From assembly GCA_030041415.1 (NCBI GenBank), contig JASHNX010000014.1, positions 14,161-78,160 of the forward strand: a stretch of 64,000 bases of DNA, read 5' to 3'. Numbering within the stretch: position 1 is the stretch's first letter; every line of letters starts with the position of its first letter. This DNA is from Candidatus Sulfotelmatobacter sp. Lineage in GTDB: Bacteria > Acidobacteriota > Terriglobia > Terriglobales > Acidobacteriaceae. Positions 26,870 through 37,407 of the stretch are shown piece by piece. Below the pieces are notes generated by a model that did no database searches, was not told where the DNA came from, and saw only the letters and a program-made list of their open reading frames with translations. Position numbers and translations under genes: made by a program.

Positions 26870-27916
26870 ATGGATTCGACCATCGAGATCCAGGGCAGGC
26901 AACTCAAGCTATCGAATCTGGAAAAAATTCTCTATCCAGCCGCCGGTCTTACCAAGCAACAGATCATCGACTACTACGTGCGGATCGCTCCTGCGATGCT
27001 GCCGCATCTGAAGGACCGACCGCTGACCCGCAAGCGCTATCCCAACGGCGTGGATGAGGATTTTTTTTACGAGAAGAATGCTCCGCTGCACCGGCCCGAT
27101 TGGGTGAAGACGGTGCCGATCTGGAGCGAGGGAAACCGGCGAACCGTGCACTACATTCTGGCGAATGATTTGGCGACGCTGGTTTGGCTGGCGAATCTGG
27201 CGGCAATCGAATTGCATCCGTCGCTTTCGCTGGCGAAGGATGTGAGCACGCCGACCATGATGGTGTTCGATCTCGATCCTGGGTCTCCGGCGAATATTGT
27301 GCAGTGCTGCCGGGTGGGAATCTGGCTGCGGGAAATTTTCTCGCATTTTGAGTTGCAAAGTTTTCCCAAGACTTCCGGATCGAAAGGACTGCAGATTTAT
27401 GTTCCGTTGAATACGCCGACGAATTATCACGAGACCAAGACTTTTTCTCACGCTCTCGCGCAGTTGCTGGAGCACGAACATCCCGACGCGGTTGTCTCTG
27501 ACATGAAAAAACAGGTTCGCACGGGAAAAGTGCTTGTCGATTGGAGCCAGAACGACGAGCACAAAACTACAGTCGCGGTGTACTCGTTGCGGGCGAGAGA
27601 GCGGCCGACGGTTTCGACTCCGGTGAAGTGGGAGGAAGTTGAACAGGCGCTGAAAAAGAAAGATGCCACGATGCTGGTGTTTGAAGCGCCGCAGACGATC
27701 AAGCGGTTCGAAAAAATGGGCGACCTCTTTGCGCCGTTGCTTACGCTCAAGCAGCGGCTGCCCGATTTGAAAAAGATCATGCAGGATGCAAATGCAAAGG
27801 CGGCAGAGCCGGCTTTGGTTGCGGAAGGGCAGGAATCGAGTAGGGGCGTATGGTCGTTGAAGAAGCCGACGAGCGAGGTCGTGAAGACGCGCGGGCGAAC
27901 AAAACGGAAGGTATAA
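26870..27916 (+). CDS. stand-alone NHEJ LigD polymerase/primase (LigD-Pol) domain protein with basic C-terminal tail
   Basis: Matching segments are IEIQGRQLKLSNLEKILYPAAGLTKQQIIDYY, LTRKRYPNGVDEDFFYEKNAP, ELHP, VFDLDPG, KTSGSKGLQIYVPL and GKVLVDWSQNDEHKTTVAVYSLRA. Together these follow the archaeo-eukaryotic-primase-type LigD Pol pattern. Confidence 0.85.
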   Translation: MDSTIEIQGRQLKLSNLEKILYPAAGLTKQQIIDYYVRIAPAMLPHLKDRPLTRKRYPNGVDEDFFYEKNAPLHRPDWVKTVPIWSEGNRRTVHYILANDLATLVWLANLAAIELHPSLSLAKDVSTPTMMVFDLDPGSPANIVQCCRVGIWLREIFSHFELQSFPKTSGSKGLQIYVPLNTPTNYHETKTFSHALAQLLEHEHPDAVVSDMKKQVRTGKVLVDWSQNDEHKTTVAVYSLRARERPTVSTPVKWEEVEQALKKKDATMLVFEAPQTIKRFEKMGDLFAPLLTLKQRLPDLKKIMQDANAKAAEPALVAEGQESSRGVWSLKKPTSEVVKTRGRTKRKV

Positions 27917-27965
27917 TCGCTTCGCGTAATCAATTTCAGCTCTCATTTAGCAAGCGAAATTTGCC

Positions 27966-28682
27966 ATGCCGCAACTCTTCGCCGGAACTTCTGGATGGGC
28001 TTATCCAAGCTGGAAGCCGGAGTTCTATCCGGCGAAGCTCCCGCAGAAAAAATTCCTCAGCTACTATGCTACGCAACTGAATACAGTCGAGGTGAATTTC
28101 ACTTTCCGGCAACTGGTTAAAGAAAACACCGTGCTGAACTGGATTCAGGAGACGCCCGCCGGATTTCGATTAGGCGTGAAGGCCCACCAGGTTATTACCC
28201 ACATAAAGCGGTTGAAAGGGACGGAAGATTTTGTACCGCGATTTCTGGCAACTATTGCTCCGCTGGCCAGCGCGGGGAAGCTGGGGCCGGTGCTGTTTCA
28301 GTTGCCGCCGAATCTGAAGGCAGATGCGGCGCTGCTCAAAGATTTTCTTGCGCTTCTGCCGAAAACTTTGCCGGCGGCGTTTGAGTTTCGGCATGAGTCG
28401 TGGTTTGCGGAGCCTACGTGGGAAACCCTGCGTGCTGGCGGCGCAGCTTTATGCGTGGCGGAAACGGAAGAGCGAAATACTCCCGATGTGGTGACGGGAT
28501 CGTTTGCCTATTATCGATTTCGCAAGCCGACATACACGCCAGAGGAGCGGCAAGCGATGGTCGCGCGAATCGGAGAGCACCTGGCGGCGGGGCGCGATGT
28601 GTTTGCCTACTTCAAGCATGAAGAAACTCCTCAGGGAGCGCTGTATGCGGTAGATGTGCTGCGGGAAGTAAGCAAGAACTAG
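27966..28682 (+). CDS. DUF72 (YecE/UPF0759) family protein
   Basis: MPQLFAGTSGWAYPSWKPEFYP..., VEVNFTFRQL and FEFRHESW are typical DUF72 signatures. Confidence 0.8.
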   Translation: MPQLFAGTSGWAYPSWKPEFYPAKLPQKKFLSYYATQLNTVEVNFTFRQLVKENTVLNWIQETPAGFRLGVKAHQVITHIKRLKGTEDFVPRFLATIAPLASAGKLGPVLFQLPPNLKADAALLKDFLALLPKTLPAAFEFRHESWFAEPTWETLRAGGAALCVAETEERNTPDVVTGSFAYYRFRKPTYTPEERQAMVARIGEHLAAGRDVFAYFKHEETPQGALYAVDVLREVSKN

Positions 28683-28762
28683 CGCGGCGCCTCGCGCTTC
28701 GAATCGGCACCGGGGTTGGCACTTCTCTCTGCGTCCGATAACGCGCATACTCGATTCTTCCC

Positions 28763-29734
28763 ATGCAGGCTTCCGAAGCGAATGCGCGCGTGGTCTCTGG
28801 CTTTCTCGATTATCTACGAATCGAGAAGGGATTAGCCCCTCTTTCGGTGAGCGCCTACCAAACCGACATTTTGCAGTTTTCTGAATTCCTCGAAAAGCGA
28901 AAACGATTGTTGCTTACAGCTAAGCAGGCAGACGTGCGCGATTTTTTGCAACAACTTTTTTCTCATCGCGTCGAGGGCCGCAGCGTGGGACGGAAGCTTT
29001 CGGCGTTGCGGCATTTGTATCGGTATCTGCTGCTGGATGAAAAAATCGAGCGGGATCCGACTTTGAATATCGAATCGCCGAAGCAATGGAAAGTTTTGCC
29101 AAAGGCGCTGGCGCGCGATGAGATGGAGGCGACGCTGACGGCTCCACTGACAAGGCGGAACGCCGATGCGGGCGATCGGCACGATGCAACTGCGCTCGCC
29201 GCACGCGATGCTGCGATGCTGGAAGTGTTCTATGCCGGAGCGTTGCGGGTCTCGGAGATCATCAACGCGAAACTGGAAGACCTGAAGCTGGATGCCGGAT
29301 ACATGCTGGTGCGCGGCAAAGGAGACAAAGAACGGGTGGTGCCGCTGGGAAAATCGGCGCAGGATGCGCTGACGAAATATCTGGATCAATCGCGTGGGGC
29401 GCTGATTGCGGGAAAACATGCAGTGGAACCGGGGAAAACAGAAACGCGCAATCGGCCTCTGCTGTTTGTTGCTCGCGGCGGGCACAAGCTGACGCGGCAG
29501 CGGGTCTGGCAAATGGTGCGGGCGGCGTCCGCAGCTTCGGGGCGAAAGGCTTCTCCGCACATGCTGCGTCATTCCTGCGCGACTCACATGGTAGAAAATG
29601 GCGCGGATCTGCGCACCGTGCAGACAATTCTCGGACACGCAGATATTTCGACCACGCAGGTCTATACACACCTCGCGTTAGATCGGCTGCGCACGGTTTA
29701 TCAAAAGCATCATCCGCGAGCGAGGGCAAGATGA
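28763..29734 (+). CDS. tyrosine site-specific recombinase, XerC/XerD family (XerD-like)
   Basis: An N-terminal SAM-like core-binding domain ([22 protein letters not shown]) is followed by catalytic [45 protein letters not shown]. This gives the R..HxxR..Y tetrad. Confidence 0.8.
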   Translation: MQASEANARVVSGFLDYLRIEKGLAPLSVSAYQTDILQFSEFLEKRKRLLLTAKQADVRDFLQQLFSHRVEGRSVGRKLSALRHLYRYLLLDEKIERDPTLNIESPKQWKVLPKALARDEMEATLTAPLTRRNADAGDRHDATALAARDAAMLEVFYAGALRVSEIINAKLEDLKLDAGYMLVRGKGDKERVVPLGKSAQDALTKYLDQSRGALIAGKHAVEPGKTETRNRPLLFVARGGHKLTRQRVWQMVRAASAASGRKASPHMLRHSCATHMVENGADLRTVQTILGHADISTTQVYTHLALDRLRTVYQKHHPRARAR

Positions 29735-30633
29735 AATCGGATACCGTGGTGGCAAAAGCGGTGAAAGATTTCCTGCGCCACCTGGGCGAGCGCAACGCTT
29801 CGCCGCACACGATCAAAGCGTATAAGGGGGATCTCGCGCTGTTTGCCGGTTACGCGGGTTCGCGCGGGTGGAAGCAGATTGATCACATCGTTGTGCGCGG
29901 ATTTTTGTCACAGCTTTATGAGAAAGGTTTGAGCAAAACTTCTGTGGCGAGAGCGCTGGCGGCGGTGCGATCGCTGTATCGGTGGCTGGCGCGGGAGGGA
30001 GTTGTGGAGCAGAATCCGGCGAAGCTGGTGGCGACGCCGAAGCTGCCAAAGAAATTGCCGCGTGTGCCCACGATTGAAGAAATGAATTCTGTGATTGATG
30101 GAGGAATGCCGGAGATTGCGGCATTTCCCGAGCGAGACCGATTGATGTTTGAACTGCTCTACGGATGCGGGATACGCAATTCGGAGCTGACGGGAATTAA
30201 TCTTGACGACATCCGCTTAAGCGCCGAAGCGATTCTGATTCGCGGCAAGGGAAAAAAAGAACGCTACGTGCCGTTTGGCGAGTCAGTGAAGTCGGCGCTG
30301 GCGGCGTATCTTCCGGAGCGGCAGAAAGTTTTGGGTGTGAAGGGAAAAAGTTCGGCATCGCTGCTCATCAACCGGCGCGGAGGAAGGCTGACCACCCGCA
30401 GCGTGGGGCGAATTGTGAAGCGGATTGCGGTTGCCAAAGGATTGTCTCCGGATGTGCATCCGCATACGCTGCGGCATGCGTTTGGAACGCATATGCTCGA
30501 GGAAGGGGCCGATTTGCGCGCGATTCAAGAGTTGCTCGGGCACGAGCGGCTGGCGACCACGCAACGTTACACGCAGCTCTCGATGAAGCATGTGTTACAG
30601 GTTTACGACCAGACGCACCCGCGCGCGAAATAA
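29731..30633 (+). CDS. tyrosine site-specific recombinase, XerC/XerD family (XerC-like)
   Basis: [29 protein letters not shown] and [39 protein letters not shown]. The ATG overlaps the upstream stop (ATGA at 29731..29734). Confidence 0.8.
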   Translation: MKSDTVVAKAVKDFLRHLGERNASPHTIKAYKGDLALFAGYAGSRGWKQIDHIVVRGFLSQLYEKGLSKTSVARALAAVRSLYRWLAREGVVEQNPAKLVATPKLPKKLPRVPTIEEMNSVIDGGMPEIAAFPERDRLMFELLYGCGIRNSELTGINLDDIRLSAEAILIRGKGKKERYVPFGESVKSALAAYLPERQKVLGVKGKSSASLLINRRGGRLTTRSVGRIVKRIAVAKGLSPDVHPHTLRHAFGTHMLEEGADLRAIQELLGHERLATTQRYTQLSMKHVLQVYDQTHPRAK

Positions 30634-30635
30634 GC

Positions 30636-33482
30636 TTAGTGCGAGCCTCGGTCTGCATTTTGAGCGTCTTCCATCTCGGAAGCATCAGTTCGCAGTGCTT
30701 GCCACATCGCGACCACGCGCCTCTTTAGTTCCGCCGTTAGTTTTTCGTAAGCCGATTCCGATGCTTCACTTTGAGGAGGGGGAATGACCGGATCACCGAA
30801 CACGATCTTCAATGGCTTGAACCCCTGAAACGATTTGTTGCGCGGCCATGCTTCGTAGAATCCTTCAATCGCGATCGGAACAATTGGAACCTGCATGTTT
30901 ATGGACAGGATGGCCGCGCCTTTTTTGAAAATCTTCGGCGTGCCATCAATCGAGCGTTCGCCTTCCGGATAAAGAATGAGCGGGCGGCCCTGGCGCAAAC
31001 CGAACGCGGAGGCGCGCATGGCGGGCACGAGATTCGAGTCGGGATCGACGACGACCAAACGCAGGCTGCCGGCCAGACCACGCATGAATCCTTCGCCGAA
31101 AATCTCGCTCGTGCCGACGGCAAAAACCTTTTTGAAGACGGGCGGAGGGAGACTGCTGGCGAGCACAATGGGATCGAGATAGCTCTGATGATTGGAGCAG
31201 AGAATGTAGGCACCGGTTTGGGGCAGCTTCTCGACGCCGAAGATGCGCAGATGGAAGCGATCGAGTGCAATGAGTTGAACGATGCGCGAGACCACGTACC
31301 AGAATGTGCCGTAAACCGGATGCGGCCGAGCGAGCGGAGCGACATCGGCGGGGTCGGCGGGTTCGGCGAAAACTGTTTTCCACCCAGCGAAAGCGGCGGT
31401 TGTGGCGGGAGTTGCTCCGGCCGAGGCGCTTTGCAGAATGGCATCGACCAAGTCGCGAACAGTGTAGATTTCGGCGAGTTGCGATTCAGAGACATTGCCA
31501 CCGAGTTGTTGCTCAATCTGGCTGAGCAGTTCGATGCGCTGCATGGAGTCGAGACCGAGATCGAGTTCGAGATTGTGAGACGGGTGCAAGGATGACGGCG
31601 GCTTGCCTGTTTCTGCGCCAAGAAGGCTGAGCGCTCGTTGCACATCGGGATGATCGAGCCAGGACTGTTCATCAGCGGTCAGCGGACTTTCGCTGGGCAA
31701 CTCGGAATCGTCAGCCGCATCATGCGCCGAATTGGTTTTGACGCGTTTCTCGACTTCGAAGCGTTTGATTTTTCGCGTAGTGGTGCGAGGCAAATCTTCC
31801 TGCCAGATCTCATAACTGCCGATGCGTTTGGTCGACGCGATCTGCTGCGAAAGGCTTTCGATATCGAAGCGGATAACTTCCTTCGCGTTTACGATCTTCT
31901 TTTGGCGGAGCACATCGAAGTTGGGCACGATCACCGCGTGCAAGCGATCGCCTTCTCCGGACTTGCCTTCGAGGCCGACGACGGCGAGTTCTTTGATGTA
32001 GGGGGATTTCAGATAGTGAGCTTCCACTTCTTCGGGATAGATGTTTTTTCCGTTGCTGAGAACGATGACTTCTTTCTTGCGCCCGGTCAGGAAAAGATTG
32101 CCGTCAGAGTCGAAGTATCCGAGATCGCCGGTATGGAACCAACCGTCGCGAAGAACTGCAGCGGTTGCATCGGGACGGTTCCAGTAACCTTTCATGACCA
32201 CGCCGCCACGCAAGGCGATTTCGCCAGAGGCCGGAGAGTTTTCTTCGGACTCTAGGTCGAGTGTGGCCGCGTCGACAATTTTCGCCTCGACGCCTTTCAT
32301 CGCTTTGCCGACCGAACCGATGACGTTACTCGACGGTGAGTTCGCAAAAACTGCTGCAGTGGTTTCGGTGAGGCCATACGCCTGCAGGACATCGATGCCC
32401 ATAGCATATAAATCGGTAGCGATGGCGGGATCGAAACGTGAGCCTCCAGTGACGAGATAACGCATTTTCTTGCCGAAGATACCGTGGACTTTGCCAAATA
32501 AGATCGGGCCGGCATTCACACCAAACTTTCGCAATCCGCGGTTCAAGTTCATGAGCACGCGCAGCAGGGTTTGCGCGACCGCACCTCGCTTGGCCACTTC
32601 CTCAAAGATGCGCTGATGAATCAGATAAAAAAACTGCGGCACTACAGCGAACGCGGTGATGTTGCGCTCCTGCAAGGCGCGAAGCAGTTGCGTGGTATTG
32701 AGAGTTTCGAGATAGCAGACGCGCGCGCCTTTCACCAGAGGCAACATCAGATTGGCCATGAGCGCGAGAACGTGAAACATGGGCAGCACGCCAAGCAGGG
32801 CATCGGCAGGACCGAGGTCGACCCAATTGAAAACGGCTTCCACTTCGGCGAGAAGGTTGGCGTGGGTGAGCATGACACCCTTAGGATCGGCCGTGGTGCC
32901 GGAGGTGTAGAGCAAAGCGGCGAGGTCACTGGACTCGACGGGGACACGCTGAAGATCTTGCGGCCCGCGTTCGAAGATTGTTGCGAGAGTTGCGAGCCAA
33001 TTTGATTGCGCGGCGGGTGAATGCATGTGCTCGGAATCCATGAGCACGAGACCCACATTTGATCCTGCGACCGCCTTTCGCGAGACCTCGGCGTGGCGCG
33101 AATCGCAGAATAGAACGGAAGCACCGCTATCGTTCAGCAGACGTGCCAGCTGATCTGCATGAAGCGCAGTGTCGAGGGGAACGGCGGCGCATCCGGCCGC
33201 GATGATGCCGAGAAACGTGGCGACCCATCGCGGATCGTTGTCGGCGAGAATGGCAAGGCGCGATCCCCGAGGAAATCCCTTTTCGCCGATCCAGCGGGCA
33301 ACTGCTTCGGCCATCCTGCGTAATTCGGCATACGTGCAGCAGTCTTGTGCATCGCCGGTGGGACTCTTGCGGTCGTGGCGAGAGTTGGGCTCATGGCCGC
33401 GGTCCTGACGCTGAATTTCGAGGGCGATGTTGTTGGGCCAGCGCTCCGCGCACTCGATAAAACGGGCATAAAATGTGGGCAT
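30636..33482 (-). CDS. tri-domain fusion: acyl-AMP/acyl-CoA ligase, acyl carrier domain, 1-acylglycerol-3-phosphate (PlsC-type) acyltransferase
   Basis: The adenylation domain has [21 protein letters not shown] and [41 protein letters not shown]. The phosphopantetheine site is [13 protein letters not shown]. The acyltransferase has HX4D ([10 protein letters not shown]) and [10 protein letters not shown]. Confidence 0.85.
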   Translation of the reverse strand: MPTFYARFIECAERWPNNIALEIQRQDRGHEPNSRHDRKSPTGDAQDCCTYAELRRMAEAVARWIGEKGFPRGSRLAILADNDPRWVATFLGIIAAGCAAVPLDTALHADQLARLLNDSGASVLFCDSRHAEVSRKAVAGSNVGLVLMDSEHMHSPAAQSNWLATLATIFERGPQDLQRVPVESSDLAALLYTSGTTADPKGVMLTHANLLAEVEAVFNWVDLGPADALLGVLPMFHVLALMANLMLPLVKGARVCYLETLNTTQLLRALQERNITAFAVVPQFFYLIHQRIFEEVAKRGAVAQTLLRVLMNLNRGLRKFGVNAGPILFGKVHGIFGKKMRYLVTGGSRFDPAIATDLYAMGIDVLQAYGLTETTAAVFANSPSSNVIGSVGKAMKGVEAKIVDAATLDLESEENSPASGEIALRGGVVMKGYWNRPDATAAVLRDGWFHTGDLGYFDSDGNLFLTGRKKEVIVLSNGKNIYPEEVEAHYLKSPYIKELAVVGLEGKSGEGDRLHAVIVPNFDVLRQKKIVNAKEVIRFDIESLSQQIASTKRIGSYEIWQEDLPRTTTRKIKRFEVEKRVKTNSAHDAADDSELPSESPLTADEQSWLDHPDVQRALSLLGAETGKPPSSLHPSHNLELDLGLDSMQRIELLSQIEQQLGGNVSESQLAEIYTVRDLVDAILQSASAGATPATTAAFAGWKTVFAEPADPADVAPLARPHPVYGTFWYVVSRIVQLIALDRFHLRIFGVEKLPQTGAYILCSNHQSYLDPIVLASSLPPPVFKKVFAVGTSEIFGEGFMRGLAGSLRLVVVDPDSNLVPAMRASAFGLRQGRPLILYPEGERSIDGTPKIFKKGAAILSINMQVPIVPIAIEGFYEAWPRNKSFQGFKPLKIVFGDPVIPPPQSEASESAYEKLTAELKRRVVAMWQALRTDASEMEDAQNADRGSH

Positions 33483-33614
33483 GGTTCGTGGCGAATATAC
33501 ACTAAACGCAGATGGTGTTACTTCCAGTCCTCCTTTACTTCCGCTGCATCTAATTATGCTAGGCTAACTAAGAATAGGCTGCGCAGACCGCTCTTCTGCA
33601 AAGGATTTCACGGA

Positions 33615-36600
33615 TTGATTAACACTTTCTTCGGCAAAATTTTCGGGACCAAAAACGAGCGCTACGTTAAGAACAAGATGCCGACGGTCGCGGCGATCAA
33701 TGCGCTCGAACCCGAGATGCAGAAACTCACCGATGCCGAGCTGCGCGCGAAAACGGACGAATTCCGGCAGCGAATTCAGGAGCACATGAGCCGTGTCAAA
33801 GGAGCCGAGCCGGACACCGAAGCGGGCGAAGAAGACGATTTCGACCGGGTTAAGGCGTTCGAAAAGGACCAATACGACTCGTTGCAGGAAGTGCTGGAAG
33901 ACATTCTGGTTGAGGCCTTCGCCGTAGTGCGCGAGGCCGGGCGGCGCGTGCTCAATATGCGCCACTTCGATGTGCAGCTGATCGGCGGGATGGTGCTGCA
34001 CTCGGGCAAGATCGCCGAAATGAAAACCGGCGAAGGAAAAACGCTGGTGGCCACGCTGCCGGTTTATCTGAATGCCTTGAGCGGACGCGGCGTGCACGTG
34101 GTGACAGTCAACGACTATCTGGCGAAACGCGACTCCGAATGGATGGGCAAGCTCTACCGCTTTCTCGGATTGACGGTGGGAGTCATCGTTCACGATCTGG
34201 ACGACGACCAGCGCCGCGCGGCTTACGCCGCGGACGTGACGTACGGAACGAATAATGAATTCGGTTTCGACTACCTGCGCGACAACATGAAGTTCGACTT
34301 GCGTGATTGCGTACAGCGCGGCCACAACTACGCGATCGTCGACGAAGTCGATTCCATCCTGATCGACGAAGCGCGCACGCCGCTGATTATTTCTGGCGCA
34401 AGCGAAGAATCGACCGACAAGTATTACCGCGTCAACCGGATCATACCGAAACTGGAAAAAGGCGAAGAGCTGTCGCCGCAAGAAGTGCGTCAACTGCTAG
34501 AGAATGAGAAAGTCTCCCCGGAAAAGCGGGAAGCGTTGATCGAGGAATTGAACCGAGTCGGCGATGACCCGACACGGAGAATTCTCACCGGCGATTACGC
34601 GATTGATGAGAAGCACCGCAACATCACCGTCACCGACGAAGGATGGGAAAAAGTCGAGCAGTTGCTGGGCATCGGAAACATCGCCGATCCGGAGAACTGG
34701 CCGCTTAAGCATCACGTGGAGACGGCGGTAAAAGCGCATGCTCTGTACCGCAAAGATGTGGAATACGTCATAAAAGATGGCGAGGTCGTCATCGTCGACG
34801 AGTTTACTGGGCGCATGATGCCCGGGCGGCGCTGGTCGGATGGATTGCATCAGGCGATCGAAGCCAAGGAAAACGTCAAGATCGAGCGCGAGAACCAGAC
34901 GCTGGCGACGATCACTTTTCAGAATTATTTCCGCATGTTCAAGAAGCTCGCGGGCATGACGGGAACGGCGGAAACGGAAGCCACGGAATTCGACAACATT
35001 TATAAGCTCGACGTAATGGTGATTCCCACCAATAAGAAAATGCTGCGGCTGGAGAATCCCGACATCGTTTATCGCACCGAGAAAGAGAAGTACTTCGCGG
35101 TAGCGGATGAGATTCAGAAGCTGGCGGAAAAGGGCCAGCCAGTGCTGGTGGGCACCACGTCAGTTGAGAAATCCGAGCGAATCGATCAATTGCTGAAGAA
35201 AAAAGGGATCCGGAATCACGTGGTGTTGAACGCCAAGTTTCACGAGCGCGAAGCGGAGATTGTTGCCCAGGCCGGACGCAAAAGCGCCATCACGATCGCC
35301 ACTAACATGGCTGGCCGCGGCACCGATATCCTGCTGGGCGGCAATCCCGAGTTCATGGCGAAGCAGGAATTGGTGAAAAAGGGAATTGCGCAGCAACTGC
35401 GCGTGGCGCAGGGCAAGATTGAAGGGCCGCAGGAAGACGGCACAACGTCAATTTTTTACTACAACGGGAATGAATACACCGTTCCAACCGACAAATGGAC
35501 CGAAGCGTTCAGCCGACACAAGACGCAGACCGATAAAGAGCACGACGAAGTGATTGAAGTCGGCGGCCTGCACATTCTGGGCACGGAGCGGCACGAGTCG
35601 CGGCGCATCGATAACCAGCTTCGCGGACGCGCCGGCCGGCAGGGCGATCCGGGCTCATCGCGGTTTTATCTGGCGCTGGAAGATGACCTGATGCGCATCT
35701 TCGCGAAAGAGTGGGTTTCGAAGCTGCTGGAGCGGCTGGGCATGGAGGAAGGGATTCCGATCGAATCGAAGATGATCAGCCGCCGCATTGAAACCGCGCA
35801 GAAAGCTGTGGAAGGGCAGCACTTCGAATCGCGCAAACATCTGTTGGAATACGACGACGTGATGAACAAGCAGCGCGAGGCGGTTTACGGATTGCGCCGC
35901 CGCTTGCTTGAGGGCACCGATCAGAAGGATTTAATTCTGGAAGATTACGTTTCGGCGATTCTGGGCGATCTGATGGACGAGTACTGTCCACCCAAGGCGC
36001 ACGCCGCTGATTGGAATATCAAAGGCCTGAAAGATGCGGTCTTCACGCGCTTCGGCGTGGATTTTCTGGCGGAGGGCGTTAAGCCAGAAGCCTTAAACCG
36101 GCAGGAACTGGGCGATGCGATCTTCGACAAGCTGAAAGAACGTTACGAAGCGAAAGAGAAACTGATTGGCCCGGAGGCGATGCGGCATCACGAACGCATG
36201 ATCATGCTGAGCGTGCTCGATTCGCAGTGGAAGGATCACCTGCTCAGTATGGATCACCTGAAAGAAGGCATCGGCCTGCGCGGGTACGGCCAGCATGACC
36301 CGCTGGTTGAGTACAAAAAGGAATCGTTTGAGATTTTCGAAGCGATGATGCAGCGCTTCCAGGAAGACACTGTCCGGTATTTGTATCTGATGCAGATTCT
36401 GGAGCGGCCGGCACAGGTAACGGTGGCGGCTCAGGCACCGGCAGTGGGAGAAGAAGCTGATGTTGCTGCCACTCGCGGCGGCGATGGCAACGGGAAGCGC
36501 CCGCGCATGGTGGCGACTTCGGCGGATGACATTGAAGAAGCCTTCATTCGCCGCAAGCGCCGCGAACTGGAACAGGCGCGCATGGCGGGCGGAGGTCCGG

Positions 36601-36704
36601 CTACACCCGTGCAGCAGGTGGTTCGGGGACAGGAAAAAGTTGGCCGCAACGATCCGTGTCCATGTGGATCGGGGAAGAAGTATAAGAAGTGCCACGGGGC
36701 GTAG
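33615..36704 (+). CDS. secA: preprotein translocase ATPase SecA
   Basis: Motifs are [54 protein letters not shown] and [10 protein letters not shown], plus a C-terminal zinc motif [14 protein letters not shown]. The track start 33345 overlaps the divergent gene. The in-frame TTG at 33615 ([20 protein letters not shown]) matches the conserved SecA N-terminus. Confidence 0.93.
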   Translation: MINTFFGKIFGTKNERYVKNKMPTVAAINALEPEMQKLTDAELRAKTDEFRQRIQEHMSRVKGAEPDTEAGEEDDFDRVKAFEKDQYDSLQEVLEDILVEAFAVVREAGRRVLNMRHFDVQLIGGMVLHSGKIAEMKTGEGKTLVATLPVYLNALSGRGVHVVTVNDYLAKRDSEWMGKLYRFLGLTVGVIVHDLDDDQRRAAYAADVTYGTNNEFGFDYLRDNMKFDLRDCVQRGHNYAIVDEVDSILIDEARTPLIISGASEESTDKYYRVNRIIPKLEKGEELSPQEVRQLLENEKVSPEKREALIEELNRVGDDPTRRILTGDYAIDEKHRNITVTDEGWEKVEQLLGIGNIADPENWPLKHHVETAVKAHALYRKDVEYVIKDGEVVIVDEFTGRMMPGRRWSDGLHQAIEAKENVKIERENQTLATITFQNYFRMFKKLAGMTGTAETEATEFDNIYKLDVMVIPTNKKMLRLENPDIVYRTEKEKYFAVADEIQKLAEKGQPVLVGTTSVEKSERIDQLLKKKGIRNHVVLNAKFHEREAEIVAQAGRKSAITIATNMAGRGTDILLGGNPEFMAKQELVKKGIAQQLRVAQGKIEGPQEDGTTSIFYYNGNEYTVPTDKWTEAFSRHKTQTDKEHDEVIEVGGLHILGTERHESRRIDNQLRGRAGRQGDPGSSRFYLALEDDLMRIFAKEWVSKLLERLGMEEGIPIESKMISRRIETAQKAVEGQHFESRKHLLEYDDVMNKQREAVYGLRRRLLEGTDQKDLILEDYVSAILGDLMDEYCPPKAHAADWNIKGLKDAVFTRFGVDFLAEGVKPEALNRQELGDAIFDKLKERYEAKEKLIGPEAMRHHERMIMLSVLDSQWKDHLLSMDHLKEGIGLRGYGQHDPLVEYKKESFEIFEAMMQRFQEDTVRYLYLMQILERPAQVTVAAQAPAVGEEADVAATRGGDGNGKRPRMVATSADDIEEAFIRRKRRELEQARMAGGGPATPVQQVVRGQEKVGRNDPCPCGSGKKYKKCHGA

Positions 36705-36780
36705 GAGCAACTTGCTCCATCATCCTAGGCGTAGGGAAGATTCTCCACATTTGAGTGCATGCAAATACATAGATCCTTCG

Positions 36781-37362
36781 CTACACTCGGGATGACAGAG
36801 TTGCTTTAAACGTCATCTCTTGAGCCGTGCTTCCCGTCTTCCGCTTCCACTCCGCAAATAGCGTTGCGTAATTTTTCATGATGTATTCATCAGGGCTTAC
36901 GCCTAACTTCTTTGCGGTTCCGTCAATCCATCGCGGCGAGCCTTCAATCTCGCAAAAATTGCCGATGGGAGTTTCGTCAACGACGACGAGGCCTTCGCGG
37001 TGGTGTTTTTTTTCGTCAACCCATTCGGCACGAAATTTTTCGTAGCGAAACGAGGGAGAGTAACCGAGTGCGCGCAGAATTGCGTCCATCTGTTCGCCGC
37101 TCTTAAGTTCGGTTTGCAGTTCCTGCCGGCTGCTGTGGCGGCCAACTTTGCCCTTACTTTTGTGCGTCAGCGTGTATTCGGAGCCGTATTTTCGAATTCG
37201 CAGCAACTCTTTGCGCTGGCGCAGGAGTTCGCCGGGCAGATCGTACAGAGTGTTCATTTCATGCGTGCGCCGTGTCATGACGCGGAACCCGGCTGCTCGC
37301 AGATGGCGCGCGAGGGCGCGAACGGAAGCAACACGAAATTTGATTTCGATTTCGCGGGGCAT
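36781..37362 (-). CDS. CYTH-domain protein (class IV adenylate cyclase / triphosphatase family)
   Basis: The N-terminal ExExK signature is in MPREIEIKFRV. RIRKYG...TLTHK strands follow. 193 aa. Confidence 0.7.
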   Translation of the reverse strand: MPREIEIKFRVASVRALARHLRAAGFRVMTRRTHEMNTLYDLPGELLRQRKELLRIRKYGSEYTLTHKSKGKVGRHSSRQELQTELKSGEQMDAILRALGYSPSFRYEKFRAEWVDEKKHHREGLVVVDETPIGNFCEIEGSPRWIDGTAKKLGVSPDEYIMKNYATLFAEWKRKTGSTAQEMTFKATLSSRV

Positions 37363-37407
37363 ACAGGCAGTCTAAGCCCATTCTCGTTTGTTAGCGAAAA
37401 GCGGGAT

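Noticed and set aside
26909-27946. A 345-aa ORF antisense to the LigD-Pol gene.
   Set aside because: It is Arg/His/Gln-rich and low in complexity, has no recognisable motif, and exactly shadows a gene with strong family motifs. This is typical of spurious antisense ORFs in GC-rich DNA.
28763-30633. The tyrosine recombinase pair as a sign of an integrated mobile element or prophage.
   Set aside because: I could see no adjacent tRNA, flanking direct repeats, phage, transposase or conjugation genes, or compositional break. Both proteins look like Xer-type rather than phage-integrase-type recombinases.
36704-36722. A hairpin, GGAGCAACTTGCTCC, right after the secA stop, as a possible terminator.
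   Set aside because: Only 5-6 bp can pair, the loop is very small, and no T-tract follows. This is not convincing.
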